NCBI GenBank assembly: GCA_964252035.1
Contig: OZ176205.1
DNA length: 64,000 bases
Reading direction: 5' to 3' (one strand)
Source of the DNA: Podarcis erhardii
Lineage: Eukaryota
Made by a program: the position numbers and the translations under genes. Numbering within the stretch: position 1 is the stretch's first letter; every line of letters begins with the position of its first letter. Shown here in pieces: positions 36,330-50,010 of the stretch. The notes under the pieces are model-generated. The model was not told where the DNA came from, did no database searches, and saw only the letters and a program-made list of their open reading frames with translations.

Positions 36330-37330
36330 TCTGCAAAACCAGAATGGGAACGGCAACTTCAAGCATCCTTGCTGAGGCCCTCTCATCTGTTGCAGATCAG
36401 GATTTCATGGTCTCCATGACAACAATATCTGTCTCGATTGATATCCGGCCTCTTTTATTTGGCTGGTCATACACTTGATTTGGTGTTATATTCTGAACAG
36501 GATGGTGATCATGGGTGGAGAAGTTTGACATGGTTCCCTTGGCATGGATAGAGCTCTGCCTGGCAGGGTTTAGGCTTACTGAGTGGAGGGCTTATTAGAA
36601 CAATCTGCCCCTAGAGAAAAATAGATCCAGTCCAGATTAAGTCCTGCTGGCTCTGGGGCAATGTAATGCTGGCAGTCTCTCTGTTTGGTGAGCCCATGTG
36701 GCTCCCTAGTTTTCTGAGGCTCCCTGAGCAATGAAACTTCACTTCCCGCAAAGGAAAATGCATGATGAATTTGACTGAAGTTGGGCTAAAGCTCATTTCA
36801 GAGCTCATCTCATGGCAGCGATGGTGGAAAATAAGTCTTGGTTTTATGGCACCATTTTGTCCGTACAGAGTTGTCTGGCAAAATTGTTCCAAGTGGCTCC
36901 TGAGAGGAGATGGTTGCCTGTTGTGCCTTATTTGCGAAGCACCTTGTAGTCAACATCTCTGATAGACATTTCTGCCTTGACTCCAAATTGAGGGCAGCAC
37001 GAGATGCAGCTGCTTCTCCTGTTTCTATGGATACTTCTTGGTTTGCATAGCCTGTGGATGTAGACAGAATTCTTGAAGTTGGGAGCTTCATCACTTGGCA
37101 TGCTCAATCCTTGCCCTTCCTGGTTGATTAAGGAAGCCAGCGCTGGGTAGGCTGAGTCGGTTGGGGAGCAAAGGACATTGTTCCAACAGTATTGCAGGAA
37201 GTGGTGGTAAAACCAGTATGGAAAAAGATCTTCCTGCCCTTTATAATGTTCATCCAGCAGCATCAAACATCTCACTTTCGGGCAAGGCACTCAAGAATAT
37301 GGTGAGAAATATGTGTGTGAAAAAGGAGGG
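36330..37330 (+). mobile_element. Old, decayed L2 ORF2 (endonuclease end to RT start)
   Basis: Residual motifs QDFMVSMTT, AGHTLDLVL, FRAHL...LAKLFQV and PCPSWLIK in shifting frames with stops. Confidence 0.7.
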
Positions 37331-38722
37331 GCTGGGGAGTTCGCAATTCCACATCCTACTCCTCATCTCTTGATCACAGCTAGAGAATAGGATATTATGT
37401 CGTTGCTGTGCATGCTGAGTCCCTTGTTTGTTGATAAATGTGTGGGAGTTTCCTTAATTGAACATCTTATGTAGCATGTGCAAATGAGAGTGCCTAGTGT
37501 TGACTGAGGAGGGAACTCAGAAGCTGGAAGGGTTTCCACCTTGACAAAAAGAGGTAGAACAATTTCTGCTCCTGTTTTTTAGACACAAACTGAACTACAA
37601 GTTGTAGAACTAAGATCCTGAACTACATCTTTGCCTTGTTTCACAGCATTGCTGGTGAAAGAATAGGTTCATCCTATTCAAAGGGCCTGGGAATCTTGCT
37701 TTTAAATAGATCTGTTGTGTCAGTTAACTGTGACTACAGGCTATTGTTTTCATAGTGTGGAGGAGAAGCTGTTATCTGGTCTCCAGCCCATTGTGAAGAG
37801 TTTTTGTCTTGTGTCTGCTTTGGATAAAGTGCTGTGTCTAGGAGCAAGAGTGCATGATCAGTTACTCTGGGAATGCTTGCTTTTAGCACTTGAACTACAC
37901 TTGAGCATCAAATTACTGTATTGTTGCTTTTTATCCTTCTGTTTGCAAAATATATTTATTTAATTTTTTTCTACGTAAAGTTTTTCCAATACTACAGGAT
38001 AAAATGAATAGATTTTTAAAAATCATACTGATTCTGAACCCAGTTATTTCAGCAAATCCATACTGAACTGGAATGTAAAATCTCTCAAAAAATTTCAGGT
38101 AGTTATGCTGATTCATTTGAAACAAATCCAAGAGCAACAGCAACATGCTGCTACAGTTGCAGCATTTCAAAAACAATCAGGTAAACATTCATAGCAAAGT
38201 AGTGATCATTGCCTGTTCTTCTGATAATGTTTAAAATCCTCACTATCACAGCAAGAGTGTATTTGATTGGCTCTGAATTGCAGATTGCAGACTGGAGCCA
38301 AGCCCTCTAGTAGCTTTGCCAGCCGACAGAACATTCCACTTCAAACTCTTCCATATTATTATTCATCCAAATATTCTATCAGTACCTGTGTGGTCTTCTG
38401 GCTACCCTTCACAGCTATCAGAACTGGAGACTTCTAGACCATCTTGTTACCTTTTTTTTAGAAGAGCTGAACGCATAGACCTAGTTGCCAAAAATGTAAA
38501 CAAACAGATCTGGCTTTTGTATGTCCTTAAGGAAGTTCTATTTTGGGTGGGGTGAGGAGACAAATGACTCTACTACCCTATCCTTTGAAGATTCCATCTG
38601 TATCCTTATTTTTTTCTGTTTAGAACCCTACTGAGCCACTTCTTCGTGGACATCACAGACTGAGTCAAAAATATCACTGACATCTTCACACACAAAGAAA
38701 AGCTATTGCTCATTTTGTATAA

Positions 38723-38937
38723 CAGTGGTACCTCGGGTTACATACGCTTCAGGTTACACACTCCACTAAGCCAGAAATAGTGCTTCAGGTTAAGAACTTT
38801 GCTTCAGGATGAGAACAGAAATAATGCAGCGGCAGCAGGAGGCCCCATTAGCTAAAGTGGTGCTTCAGGTTAAGAACAGTTCCAGGTTAAGAATGGACCT
38901 CCAGAAGGAATTAAGTACGTAACCAGAGGTACCACTG
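38723..38937 (+). mobile_element. Tigger-like MITE
   Basis: Same family and TIRs as 4632-4873. Confidence 0.85.
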
Positions 38938-39005
38938 TATTGCTGGAAGAAACTGAAGCAATTTCTATCCTTGCAAGATAGCATGTTTCTTATTCGAAGT
39001 TCCAT

Positions 39006-39009
<4 letters not shown>

Positions 39010-39051
<42 letters not shown>
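39010..39051. repeat. (GA)n microsatellite
   Basis: Visible dinucleotide run. Confidence 0.95.
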
Positions 39052-39055
<4 letters not shown>

Positions 39056-40951
39056 AGTCATCCTTCAAATAGTGGGAATATCTATAAGGTTGCCATTATG
39101 ACACTCAGAGCTTCAATCTTGAGTTGCCCTTTTGTGAATGGAAAGGAACTGTGACCCAGAGTCCAATTCCATTTTTGGGGGATGGGGGCGGTAGCCCTGA
39201 GTTGAAAGCAATAGTTCCATTCTTAACTCTGGAAATGGTGCAAAGTCCTCCTGCATTTCATTATTTTCATTTGCAAGTACTAATCTGAAGAAATGGAAAA
39301 CTAATAGGAAGTAATGCTGCATGATTTGAAGAATTATATGAGTGATACATGATCACATGACCCGAGTAATTGTCATCATTATGTTGCACTTGGTTGTTTC
39401 ATGAGGAAGTGTGGTGTTTCTTTTGCTGTACTCATAGTAATGTGACCACTGAAAAATCATAAGATATACCAATGTGTGCATTCAACGAACTGGTATTTTG
39501 TACCATTTATTAACTGCTTTTAACTAGTGTATTTTAAGACTGTGTTGATGTATTACATTTTCTGAGCCACAGTCTTATGGTCACCAGACCACAAATGCAG
39601 AAACACAGGAAGGTGCCTTATATCAGGTCAGATTGTTTGTCCAACTAGCACAATATTGTCTATTCTGGCTGGTAGTGGCCCCTGGAGTCTCAGGTGAGAT
39701 CTTTTGGGCAAAAGATTCCTTCATTGCAGGGGGTTGGACTAGATGACCCTCGGGATACCTTCTAACTCTACAATTCAATGATTCTTTCTTGAGAAAGTTG
39801 TTTTGCTCAATAAGTAAGTTAGCCATGACTCATTTGTTAATGGATTGTGGCCTCTGTCTTTTTATCATGTTTGCACTGCATATTAATATAATTTATTGAA
39901 TTAATAGAATTTTTCTGAGAAATGTATGTGTTCCACTGCAGTTCTGAATTATACAAGCAACTTTCAAAAACGAACTTCTGTATAACAGCTACTGAGTGCC
40001 AGATGTCAGAATGTTATACGAACTTACTCTTCTATAAGTGTGCCAAAAACTGTTTTGAATTGAGACATAGGCTCCTGAATTCTTACACAACTCCAAATGT
40101 TATTTAAAGCAATTTATCCTAAATAATCTCCTTTTGCTATGTTGGAACTTTGGAAAGGAGCCATTTTGCTGAGACAACATGAGATCTTTCATTATATTAA
40201 CTTGAATTAACTTCCAGAGTGAGTTTATAAATTGAGCCAGGCACAATTTATGTAAGAGAGGGGGTTTTTTGGTTGTTGTTTTTTTATAAATGGTTTTTCA
40301 GACATTTAAAAAATGAGAACTATTCTATCTTCTTTCTGGGTATCTTCAGATATGCTTCTAATGAACTCTGCCCTGCATGAAATCCACCCACTAGGCATTT
40401 CCTTTATGTTTGGGGGCTTCTTGTAAGTGCAAATAGGAAAAATCTTGTTCACACAATATCTTCACAGAGATGAGAAACCTCTGGCCCTCCAGATGTTGAA
40501 GAACAGCTCCCATCATTGCTGACTATTGGTCATGCTGCCTGGGACTGATGGGAGTTGGAGTCTAACAACCCCAGAGTGCCATAAATTCCCCATCCCTGAC
40601 TTTATGGAACTCACCGTCATAAGATATAGTGAATGTCACTAGCTTTGTTGACTCTTTTAAAAAGGATGTCACAAATTCACACAAATAGGCCTATCAAAGG
40701 CTATTAACCATTATAACCAAGTGGAGGAGGCCTCTGGGTACTATATGCTGGTAAGTAACCGTGAAGGGCTGTTGCCTTCATGTACCAGCACACAACTTGG
40801 GACTGGTTTGGAGTCAATCAGACAAGGCTGGGTTTTGGGCCATTTACTTGTGACTCCGGTTTGAATGTTTGATTACTCAGTTTGGGGGGTGGTGGCACAA
40901 AATGTGGGCTTTGAAGCACAAAGTGGCACAAAATGAGCACAAAACTTTGGT

Positions 40952-41189
40952 GGAGAAACAGTGTGGTGTAGTGGTTAAGAGCGGTAGACTCGTAATCTGG
41001 GGAACCGGGTTCGCGTCCCCGCTCCTCCACATGCAGCTGCTGGGTGACCTTGGGCTAGTCACACTTCTTTGAAGTCTCTCAGCCCCACTCACCTCACAGA
41101 GTGTTTGTTGTGGGGGAGGAAGGGAAAGGAGAATGTTAGCCGCTTTGAGACTCCTTCGGTTAGTGATGAAGCGGGATATCAAATCCAAA
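40952..41189 (+). mobile_element. tRNA-derived squamate SINE (Squam3-like)
   Basis: cagtgtggtgtagtggttaagagcggtagactc (A box)...gggttcgcgtccc (B-box-like)...gggatatcaaatccaaa. Confidence 0.85.
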
Positions 41190-42974
41190 CTCTTCTTCAC
41201 CTGTTTGGACACAATCGGACAAGGTTGCATTTGGGGGCATTAGCCCCCGATTTGCTGTGTCAGTTATGGGGTCACAAATTAATGGAAGGCGTTCATGTCC
41301 TGCTTCTGTTCTTCCTAGACCCAGTAGTTTTTCCTCTGGGTCACCCTTTCAGAATAAAAACTTGCTCACACCCCTCTGGATTTCTTATTGATGAGAAATA
41401 CATTGCAAAACGAAAAGAAAGAATTCCTAGCAGTGCCTAATTTATATAACATAGAACACAACTACTTTATAATATGATCATGGGACATGCAGAAACTATA
41501 AAACAATGCAGCTAAATAAGAACATGAATCATTCCTCAAATATAATGTTGATTGTCCTCAAATCTTCCTGCCACACTTGCCACCCTCTCCTGCCACACCA
41601 GTGTGGTGCACCACACCCCTGGAGAACCACTGTGCTAGAGACAGCATGCTGACTACTGCTTGAAACAGATTTGGAGGTTGGGGGAGGGATCTCTTTTTTT
41701 GTGATGCATGGAAGAGACAGATCCTCCCCTTGATATGTCCGGCATATGCAGCAGACTTTGGGATTGGTAGGAATGCAGTCTCACACATGGCTCCAGGATT
41801 TGCAGAACTAGGGATTATTGTTTTTGTTGAGCACCTCCAAATCCAGGCATGAGGTGAGAGGTTATTCCGTTGCCTTTCCTCTGGAACTTGGAAAAAGGGG
41901 CAATTAAAAAAAGAATCATTTAAAAACAAAAAACCACAAACATACACCCTACTATATGTCATCCTTTTAAGGTGATTGAAAGCAACAAGATGTGGGGTTT
42001 TTTGCTACTTCTGAACACTTGCAAATATTACTACAAAATTAATAGCTGCCCCTTCCACTCCCATTCCCTTGAATACTCTCAGTATGCAAGAAGACTCAAG
42101 TAGGGTAGGGTTGAGAGAACCACAAATAATGGCTAGCTACCAAGGCCAGCTAAGATTTGGAGAATCCCCCAAAAACATAAAAGAAATGTGTTGCATGGTG
42201 GGTGCAAAAGCTCAGCTTACACGCTGACATAACTAGGGACTGGCATTCTGCAGTGGAAGGAGCAGATACAGTCACTTCTCCCCATGGTGCATATAAGACA
42301 TTACATAAACCGGACACTCCAGCCATCGTCTTGTACTTAGGTCCAATGCATATGGTTCTTCCTGCTCCCTAAGGGTGGGAGGAAATTGTGCCATTCAAGT
42401 CTATGTATGCTTGGGCCTGTGTATGGCACACCTGTGGGAATTACACTCTAGTTCCCATTTAAACTCTAGTTCCCCGGGTCATTTGACCCTTTAATTAGTT
42501 CCCTTTTCCCTCGTACAAAAACTATGCAAGGTGCTCTCTTTTAAAGTTTAAATAACAAATACATTTTACTTAGTGTACTTGCACTTGCAGATTAAAATAC
42601 ACAACGCAGATAGGCATTGCTTATGTTGCCAAGACATCTTACATAGATGTGCATCCAAGATAAATACAGACTAACTCTGAGGCAGGCAGCAGCACAACAG
42701 AACATACCTGCTGTTCAAACTGTTAAAAGACTTTCCGTAACTGCTGTTAACTGTACCAACTGAAATAACTGCCTCAGGCATATGACATCACACAGTTCTA
42801 TAGCCCTTGTGAGCATTGACCCTTTTTAACTTGGCATTTGGGATGCTTTCATCCCACAGCACCCAGTTTGCAAAGTGCCTTATTTATGCTTACACTATCA
42901 ACCATGGTAATCCTCAAGCCAGTTGAATTTGTGAAGCGGCCCAGTATAGTTTCCATTAAAAAAAATTAAATGTT

Positions 42975-43275
42975 GAGTTAACTTCCTAGTTGAACCTGAA
43001 TGCTGGAAGATTCAGGAGAGGCAAACGAATGTACTTCTTCATGCACAGTTAAACTATGGATTGTGATCCCACTAGTGGTGGGATGACTGTGTTCTGTCTC
43101 TGCTGCCGGAGGCACCAGATTTCCGAAGAGCAGTTGCTGGAGATGGCAGAGTTGGGCAGAGTGCTGGTGCACTGTGGTCTTGCTTGTGTGCTTCCCATAG
43201 ACATTGGGTTGGCCACTGAGAACAGGATGGTGGGCCTTTGGTCTGATCCAGCAGGCTCTTCTTATGTTCTTAGCG
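42975..43275 (+). mobile_element. CR1 LINE 3' end, old
   Basis: Ends ggtctgatccagcaggctcttcttatgttctta; related fragment at ~56820-56950. Confidence 0.65.
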
Positions 43276-46200
43276 ATAAGTTTTATTTGCCCTCCTTTCA
43301 TTCCTTTGTTTCCAAATCCACTGGAGCTTCCTCTTTCCTTTGCAGATGAATGTTTTGAAGGTAATTTCTGCCTACGTTCCATATTTAGTTCAATACTTCT
43401 TTAAAATTTACAGTTTATAATCTTCAGATACTTTGATATATTTTTTTAGACAGTGTCTAAAAAACAGAGTGTTTGATCCAATTCTAGATGATTTGGGTAA
43501 AAAAAAAAGACTTAAGGAAAGGCAATAAATATTTTAGGCTAAGTTGCAAAGAAGATGAAAGAATAGGAGAAAGGTGACACCTGAGGTGAATTAAATCTAC
43601 TCTCCAGTGGTTTCATCTGTTTTACTGCCCTTGTGAGTGACTGTATTTATAACAGTCTTACAGCTGTCAGGATCTTGTTATCTTGAAATAATTGTCCTTG
43701 CCTCTCAGCTGCTCTCACTTCTGTGACAAGTTTGATGATGAGGCAGAAGCCTGTTAAAGTGAAAACAATCTACTGTTCAATGACCCTGATAGTCCGAAAG
43801 AAAAGACAGCAAAAAGAGGAATTCTAAAATAAGCAAAAAAGAGCTTTATTCCTCAGCACACTGATATTAACCCAGGAAGTCTTCCATTGGCCATGGGTTT
43901 CCTGCTTTGTCCAAACTGGGAAATCATGGCTACTAGTTTCAGAACAAAGCAGGATCTTAAGTCAAGTTCAAACTGTGGTTTCAGATTCTGACTGCTTGTG
44001 AACCTGGTAACCATGGCTTTCTGGTTCAGATGTAGCAGGAAACTGCAGTTAATAGAAGCCATCTGCATTCTGGATGAGTGTGTCTATGAAGAAAACAACC
44101 TTTTCATTTGTGCCCTGGTTGTGGAATTTTCTTCCCAAAGAAGTTTGCTTTGTGTCTACATTGTGGTACTTTTCAGCACCAGGTGAAGAGTGGTGCAGCA
44201 ATGAAACTGCTAGCACATTTGCAAAGCTAAGCAGGGTCCGGTATGGTTTCAAATTGGATGGGGAACCAAATGTTAAAGTTTCTGCATTGCAGGTGGTTGG
44301 AATGGATCAGGCATGGCCAAACTTGGCCTTCCAGCTGTTTTGGGACTACAACTCCCATCATCCCTAGTTAACAGGACCAGGGGGTCAGGGATGATGAAAA
44401 TTGTAGTCTCAAAACAGCTGGAGGGCCGAGTTTGGCCATGCCTGGTTTAGATAGATGACCCTTGGGCTTCCTTCCAACTCTACAACTATGAGATTTCCAG
44501 GCTTTACAGCTGTTGTTGTTGTTTTTTAAGCATTTCAATGCTTTGCAGGTCTTTGGTACTACTGCTTTCCCTTTGCTGGTTTGGTTTTGGTTTTATTTTG
44601 ATGCTATTTAAAAAATGTTTCTGATTTTATGTCTATGCTGTATCCTATATTTTACGGTTTAAATAGATATAATCTGAGCAGGCTGAGGCGGGAAGAGGCA
44701 GCATGAGGATGGAGCACACAGGCACAAAGCCAAGATTTGTATGTCTCAGCCAGCTCAGTGTGTGCCTTTCACATACCCTTGACTCTTAAGATTTCTGGTT
44801 GACACAATTATTATGTTCACCCACAGTTTGTTTTAAAATAATCATTGTGATCATGGTACCCTTGAGATAGAGTCAACAGATCTACACAGTTTGAATTTGA
44901 TTGTAGTCATTTAGCTATAGCCTGAGAAGAAAACATTTGTTGGAATAGCTTTCTGCAATGAAGAGAAAGATGAAAACACAACAGGTTCTGGAATAGAAGT
45001 TGTTAAAAATATTGTTATCTAAAAAGCAGTCAAGACTCCTGACAAAAGTTATGGAACAATATTTGTTTAAAAACCATTGTTTTATTTAGAAATATAAATT
45101 GCTGACTAAGGCAGAATTATTACCAATGTAGTAGCAGGAAAGCCTTTGAGCTCCTAGCTTATGAACTCAGACAAAGGAAAGAAAGTAATAGAACAATGTT
45201 AAGAAAAACTTTTGGGGATTACAGAAGACAACACAGCTGCAGAATGTCAACATTCAAGGAAAGAGAGAGGCAACTCTCAGGCAGTGTGGGAGTTTTGAGG
45301 AACTGGTAGCAAGAGGACATAACCTTGAATAAGAAGAAGCAAATCTGAAAACACAAATTCTTTTAGATTATGAGGTGTATATAAATGTTCAAAACATATA
45401 AAAGAATGGATTATTGATAGGCATTTAGCTTAATCCCAGAAACCAAACACAAAGATTATATCATAGGACTGATTCATATACTCACATGGTGAAAGGAATT
45501 GATTCATAGATTCATATGGTGAACTCCAGTCCATGGATCTAATTCATGCAGTGTTTCCCTCCTTTTAATGAGGAGGAAGGATCATGCAAATTGGACTTCT
45601 GTGCTTAGGCCTTGGTTAGAATAAGGTGCACATGCCTGCCTGCTCCCTCCACCACAGAACAATGATAACTAGCTGGGTAAGTGTGTTAATCAATCATTAG
45701 AAACTAAGTCTACAGCTATTTGAATAGAAAATAAGGCCCAGGACAATATGCACTGGAGTTCCTTGTAATTCTGGGCTGTAGAAGACTGATAGAACACTGC
45801 CAAAGCCTCTAGTCAACAACTCAGACACTTTTATTTTGCTTTCTTTCATTCTTTTGTTCCCCTTCCCCATAATACTTTATTGATTGTCCTCACAATACCC
45901 TGCAAGGTAGGTGATAGTCACTATTATGCTCTTTTCAAACAAAGCTGACAGATACGGTAATTTGCCCAAAGCCACATACTTGAGGTCATGGCAGATGTGT
46001 ACCGTAATTTCAACCCAGAACCAAATTCAGTTCTCTTCCTGCAAGACCACATAGATGAGTGCTATTCCAGGAACTATTTGCAAAAAAGAGTGACACATGA
46101 GAAGATAGTAGAACTTTTCTTATCAGAAAGGGCTATTAAAAATTCTAATTTTATCTTATTTTGCATTATGTATTAATAGTACATTCTCCATGTAATGTAT

Positions 46201-48374
46201 ACTTTACCCTCTGCTTTATCAGAAAGCATGACTATCTGAAAGACTCTTATATCTCTTCCATGCCTTACGAATAAACAAGGCTGTACAGTAATTCCTAGAA
46301 TTAAAAAGAAAGAAAGTCCCTTTTCTATTTCTGGGTGAGGCTGCCTGTGGCTGTCTTATCTCAAAATTAATGGTTTCTTCTTAGGGAGGTTTTTTTAAAA
46401 AAAGTGTACTCACATAGTTTTACAAAATAACAAAATATGCATATATGGAAACTTATATACTGTATTTAGATACAACACTAAGCCATAGTTTAGTGTTACA
46501 TACACAAACCTCAGGCCCATATACCCCCCTCCTCCTCCAGTATGGCTTAGAGGAAATTGGAAGCATTTTCTGCTGTTTTTAGCTAACCACAACTTCTCAT
46601 GCCTAACAAATGATCTGGTTAAGTCAAAACACTAAACTACCTCAGTTTCAGGTACTCTCCCTCTACCAGCACATGTATGACAGGGAGTGTGGAAGCAGTT
46701 GCTTCCATTTTAAATTAACCATGATTTATCCAAACCGCAAACAATGGTTTAGGGAAAGATCGTGAACTGTCATTTGAAGTTGGCATGTTTCCCTAAATCA
46801 AAGTTAAGACTAACCACAGTTTACCTGGGTTTCAACATAGTGAGTAACTGTGGTTAGGTAAACAGACAAGCCACAGATTCAGATTTCCTCCTCACGTCCA
46901 TGTGAGGGGAGCTTCTAAGCCCAAAGCCCGCTTACTACGGTAAGTACCGTACTAAACCATTATTTAGCATTCTATCCAAACCAGCTCAGACTGTGGCTAG
47001 TGTTAACTGTGACTTATTGAACTAAGCCAATTTCAAACCGTGGCTAAGTATTATGGTTTGTTCTTCAGGTGGCAGACACTGGACATTGTGTATGGATGGT
47101 GCTTTCTAGCAATTGCCACCCTCCTGATCTGATGCTGGTTAGATGCTTGTTTGTTGCTGGCCAGCTGTCTTGCCCAGTTGTATTCTCCCAACAAGTCACA
47201 GTTGGTGCTACTGGAAAAGGCACCTGATCAAGCAATCTGGCAGAGGGGCAGCCCGCCCAAGACCCCAGAGAGCAATGGCCATTGACTTAAGTGGGGCTTA
47301 TTTCTGGCACCTCGTCAGAAGTGAGAAGGCAAGTGAGGTATTGTCTGAAGTTGGCTTGCTAGATTTAGACTGCAGTCCTATGCACCTAACTTCTTGGAAG
47401 TAAACCCCAACAAACTTGATGAGTAGACATTTATAGGATTGCGTTGTTAAATGCCCAGCTTAAGGGTCATTTGCGATTTGTGATTGTGAATTACGCCATG
47501 TTTTTTAATGGAGATGGGTTTGCACTCGTGCCGATACATCGCCTTGCTAAATGTGCAAGCAAGCCCAGGTATGCCTCTAGTCCCAGTTCAGTCCAAATGG
47601 CAACTAATGATGATAGTCCCTCTTGGCTAAGTCATATAATCATGTTTTCCACATGATTACCAAAACAGTTTACCAAAACATGCCTTGGGCATGTTGCTGG
47701 ATCCAAGCAACTAGATTTATAAGCACTTGAATTTTGGAATGGGCAGTTTTTCATGCTGCAAGGCAAATACCTGTTGAAAACGAGGAGACTTTCTAAAGCA
47801 GTTTGTGATATGATAGGGGCTGGGGAAGGGATGAGCTGACTGGCTTCTCAAAGTAAAAAATCCTCCTGGGTGTGCCAAAGTCCTTGTGCGCTCATAAAGT
47901 AGTTATTTAGATCAGAGTCATGCAGAAAATTCAGACGGTGTTTCCGCCATGTTGATACACCTGGGACTCTAAAGGGGGGAGAGGGGACCACAGCCCTTCT
48001 CCCCCAAGATGGACCAGGGGGATTGAGGCCCCCACAACAATGCCTGCTTTTGTGGTCAGGAGGCTAGTTGATAAAGGAGAGGGAGAGATTTAACTCTGGA
48101 CTCAGAAACAGACTGTGATGCCTTGCTTGCTGTGCCTTGGAGCAGAAGTTAGTTGTGAAGGGAATGCATTGAGAGGGAGGGAGAACTGATGTTGACAGTA
48201 AAGAGGACACGCTCCAAACAGCAATCTTCTAGTTCTTCTACAGATCTCTAGTATTCCTGAACTGTATCTTCGGTATAGTTGGGATCCCTTTTCAATTAAC
48301 CTTGGACCTCCTTGAACCATCTACACCTTGCCTTAAATATACCTCTGTGGTTCCTGTGATAAATATTTTAATTA

Positions 48375-48404
<30 letters not shown>

Positions 48405-48408
<4 letters not shown>

Positions 48409-48985
48409 ATTATTTATACCCCACCCATCTGGCTGGGTTTCCCCAGCCACTATGGGTGGCTTCCAACAAAAGATTAAAAATACATTAAAACATCAAGTCA
48501 TTAAAAACTTCCCTAAACAGGGCTGCCTTCAGATGTCTTCTAAAAGTCAGATACAGTGGTACCTCAGGTTACATACGCTTCAGGTTACATATGCTTCAGG
48601 TTAAAGACTCCACTAACCCAGAAATAGTGCTTCAGGTTAAGAACTTTGCTTCAGGATGAGAACAGAAATTGGGCTCTGGCGGCATGGCAGCAGCAGGAGG
48701 CCCCATTAGCTAATGTGGTGCTTCAGTTTAAGAACAGTTTCAGGTTAAGTACAGACCTCCGGAATGAATTAAGTACTTAACCTGAGGTACCACTGTAGTT
48801 GTTTATTTCCTTCACATCTGATGGGAGGGTGTTCCACAGGGCGGGTGCCACTACCGAGAAGGCCCTCTGCCTGGTTCCCTGTAACCTCACTTCTTGCAGT
48901 GAGGGAACCGCCAGAAGGCCCTCGGAGCTGGACCTCAGTGTCCAGGCTGAACAATGGGGGTGGAGACACTCCTTCAGGTATATAT
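48405..48985 (-). mobile_element. L2 LINE 3' end, interrupted by a MITE
   Basis: Reverse complement of the 58848-59172 L2 3' end; (GAT)n tail on its left. Confidence 0.85.
48554..48795 (+). mobile_element. Tigger-like MITE nested in an L2
   Basis: TA duplicated at 48552-48553 and 48796-48797; the L2 sequence resumes on both sides. Confidence 0.88.
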
Positions 48986-49479
48986 GCTGTTATAGATGGA
49001 CCACTTGAATTCTGCCCAATGTTAGGGCCGGCTTTGCTTTGAACCGTGGCAATAATATGACCGTTCAGAGGCAGCCAGTATTGCGGCTCAGTTTGACCCG
49101 TCGGATATCCACATTTGGTGGGCGGTGGTATAAATTTCTCTTCTCCTTAAGCCTGGCGAAGGATGAAATCACACAGGGGTGAGAGGGCTGTCTTGTTTAT
49201 TGCTTTCCTCACCTGCTGTTTTAATTAAGCGTGCTTATTTGCTGGTATGCGGGCCCCTTTGGTTGACACGGTGAATAGTTTTTGACAAGAAGACCAAAAA
49301 GAAGAAGAAAAAAACCACCCACCACAAACTATGGCTTGGAAGATTGGATGCCAGTCAAGGGAGGGGCACCAGCTAATGAAATCAGCTGCGCTTAACAGCC
49401 TGGCCTGACCTAGCAGCAAAAAATAAAAAAGGTTGCCTTTAGGAAGTAGTAAATCATGACTTTTTCAGGGAGCTGATTT

Positions 49480-50010
49480 TAAAGGGAAGAATTATGGGGA
49501 GGACTAAAGGAAAAGTTCTCGGCGCGGCAAAGGGCAACGGGAGGTCACCGTATGTAAATAGCTCCTCTGGAGGGGGCTCCGGCGGCGCAGGGGTGTGGCT
49601 GTGGAGCGGCTCTCAATCACTCCCGGAGCGCCGGCGCTGCCTCGTGTGGGGCTTGGCCGCCGTGCCTGCAGCTGCCTGAGTTTGCAGCGCGCGCCGCCCG
49701 GGGTTGGTTGGCGGCTCGCTCGCTCGCTCGCTTGCTTGCCTGCCTGAGCTGCGAAACTCTCGCCTCGCAGCAGCACTACCGCCGGCTCAGCGGTCGGGGA
49801 ACCATGCAGCGCTCCTGTCCCGGCCAAGCCGCTTGAAGGTGAACGACGGAGCCCGAAGGGAACCTGCGGAGGATCCGCGCCCGACGAGCAGGGCGGCGTC
49901 CTAAGTCTCACCGGCTGCCCAAATTGGGGCGAGTAGTGCGCGGCTGCCGAGTTTTCCCCTTCCAGCGCCGCGAGCCAGCATCCCCTGAGGTAAGAGTGGC
50001 GCCTTTTTGG
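49480..50010 (+). promoter_or_regulatory. CpG-island promoter of BCAR3
   Basis: Sharp rise in GC and CpG density outside any recognisable TE. Includes TGTAAATA (FOX/TATA-like) at ~49554 and a (CTCG)n/(CTTG)n tract at ~49712-49746. Confidence 0.8.
49600..49989 (+). other. BCAR3: Probable non-coding first exon of BCAR3 (start approximate, TSS unknown)
   Basis: Lies in a CpG island 12.5 kb upstream of the coding exon and ends at a strong donor CCCTGAG|gtaaga (49989/49990). TGA at 49986-49988 is in frame with the BCAR3 ORF after splicing, so the exon is 5'UTR. Confidence 0.75.

Noticed and set aside
36611-37290. Gene-like minus-strand ORFs
   Set aside because: Antisense to a decayed L2 ORF2 recognisable on the + strand.
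38099-38180. Possible exon ending CAG|gtaaac, open in two frames
   Set aside because: Poor polypyrimidine tract and no supporting homology; chance level.
1-49400. Expected neighbours DNTTIP2/GCLM, or MIR760
   Set aside because: No Fcf2-domain or GCLM coding sequence and no recognisable miRNA hairpin seen; they presumably lie outside the window or are absent.
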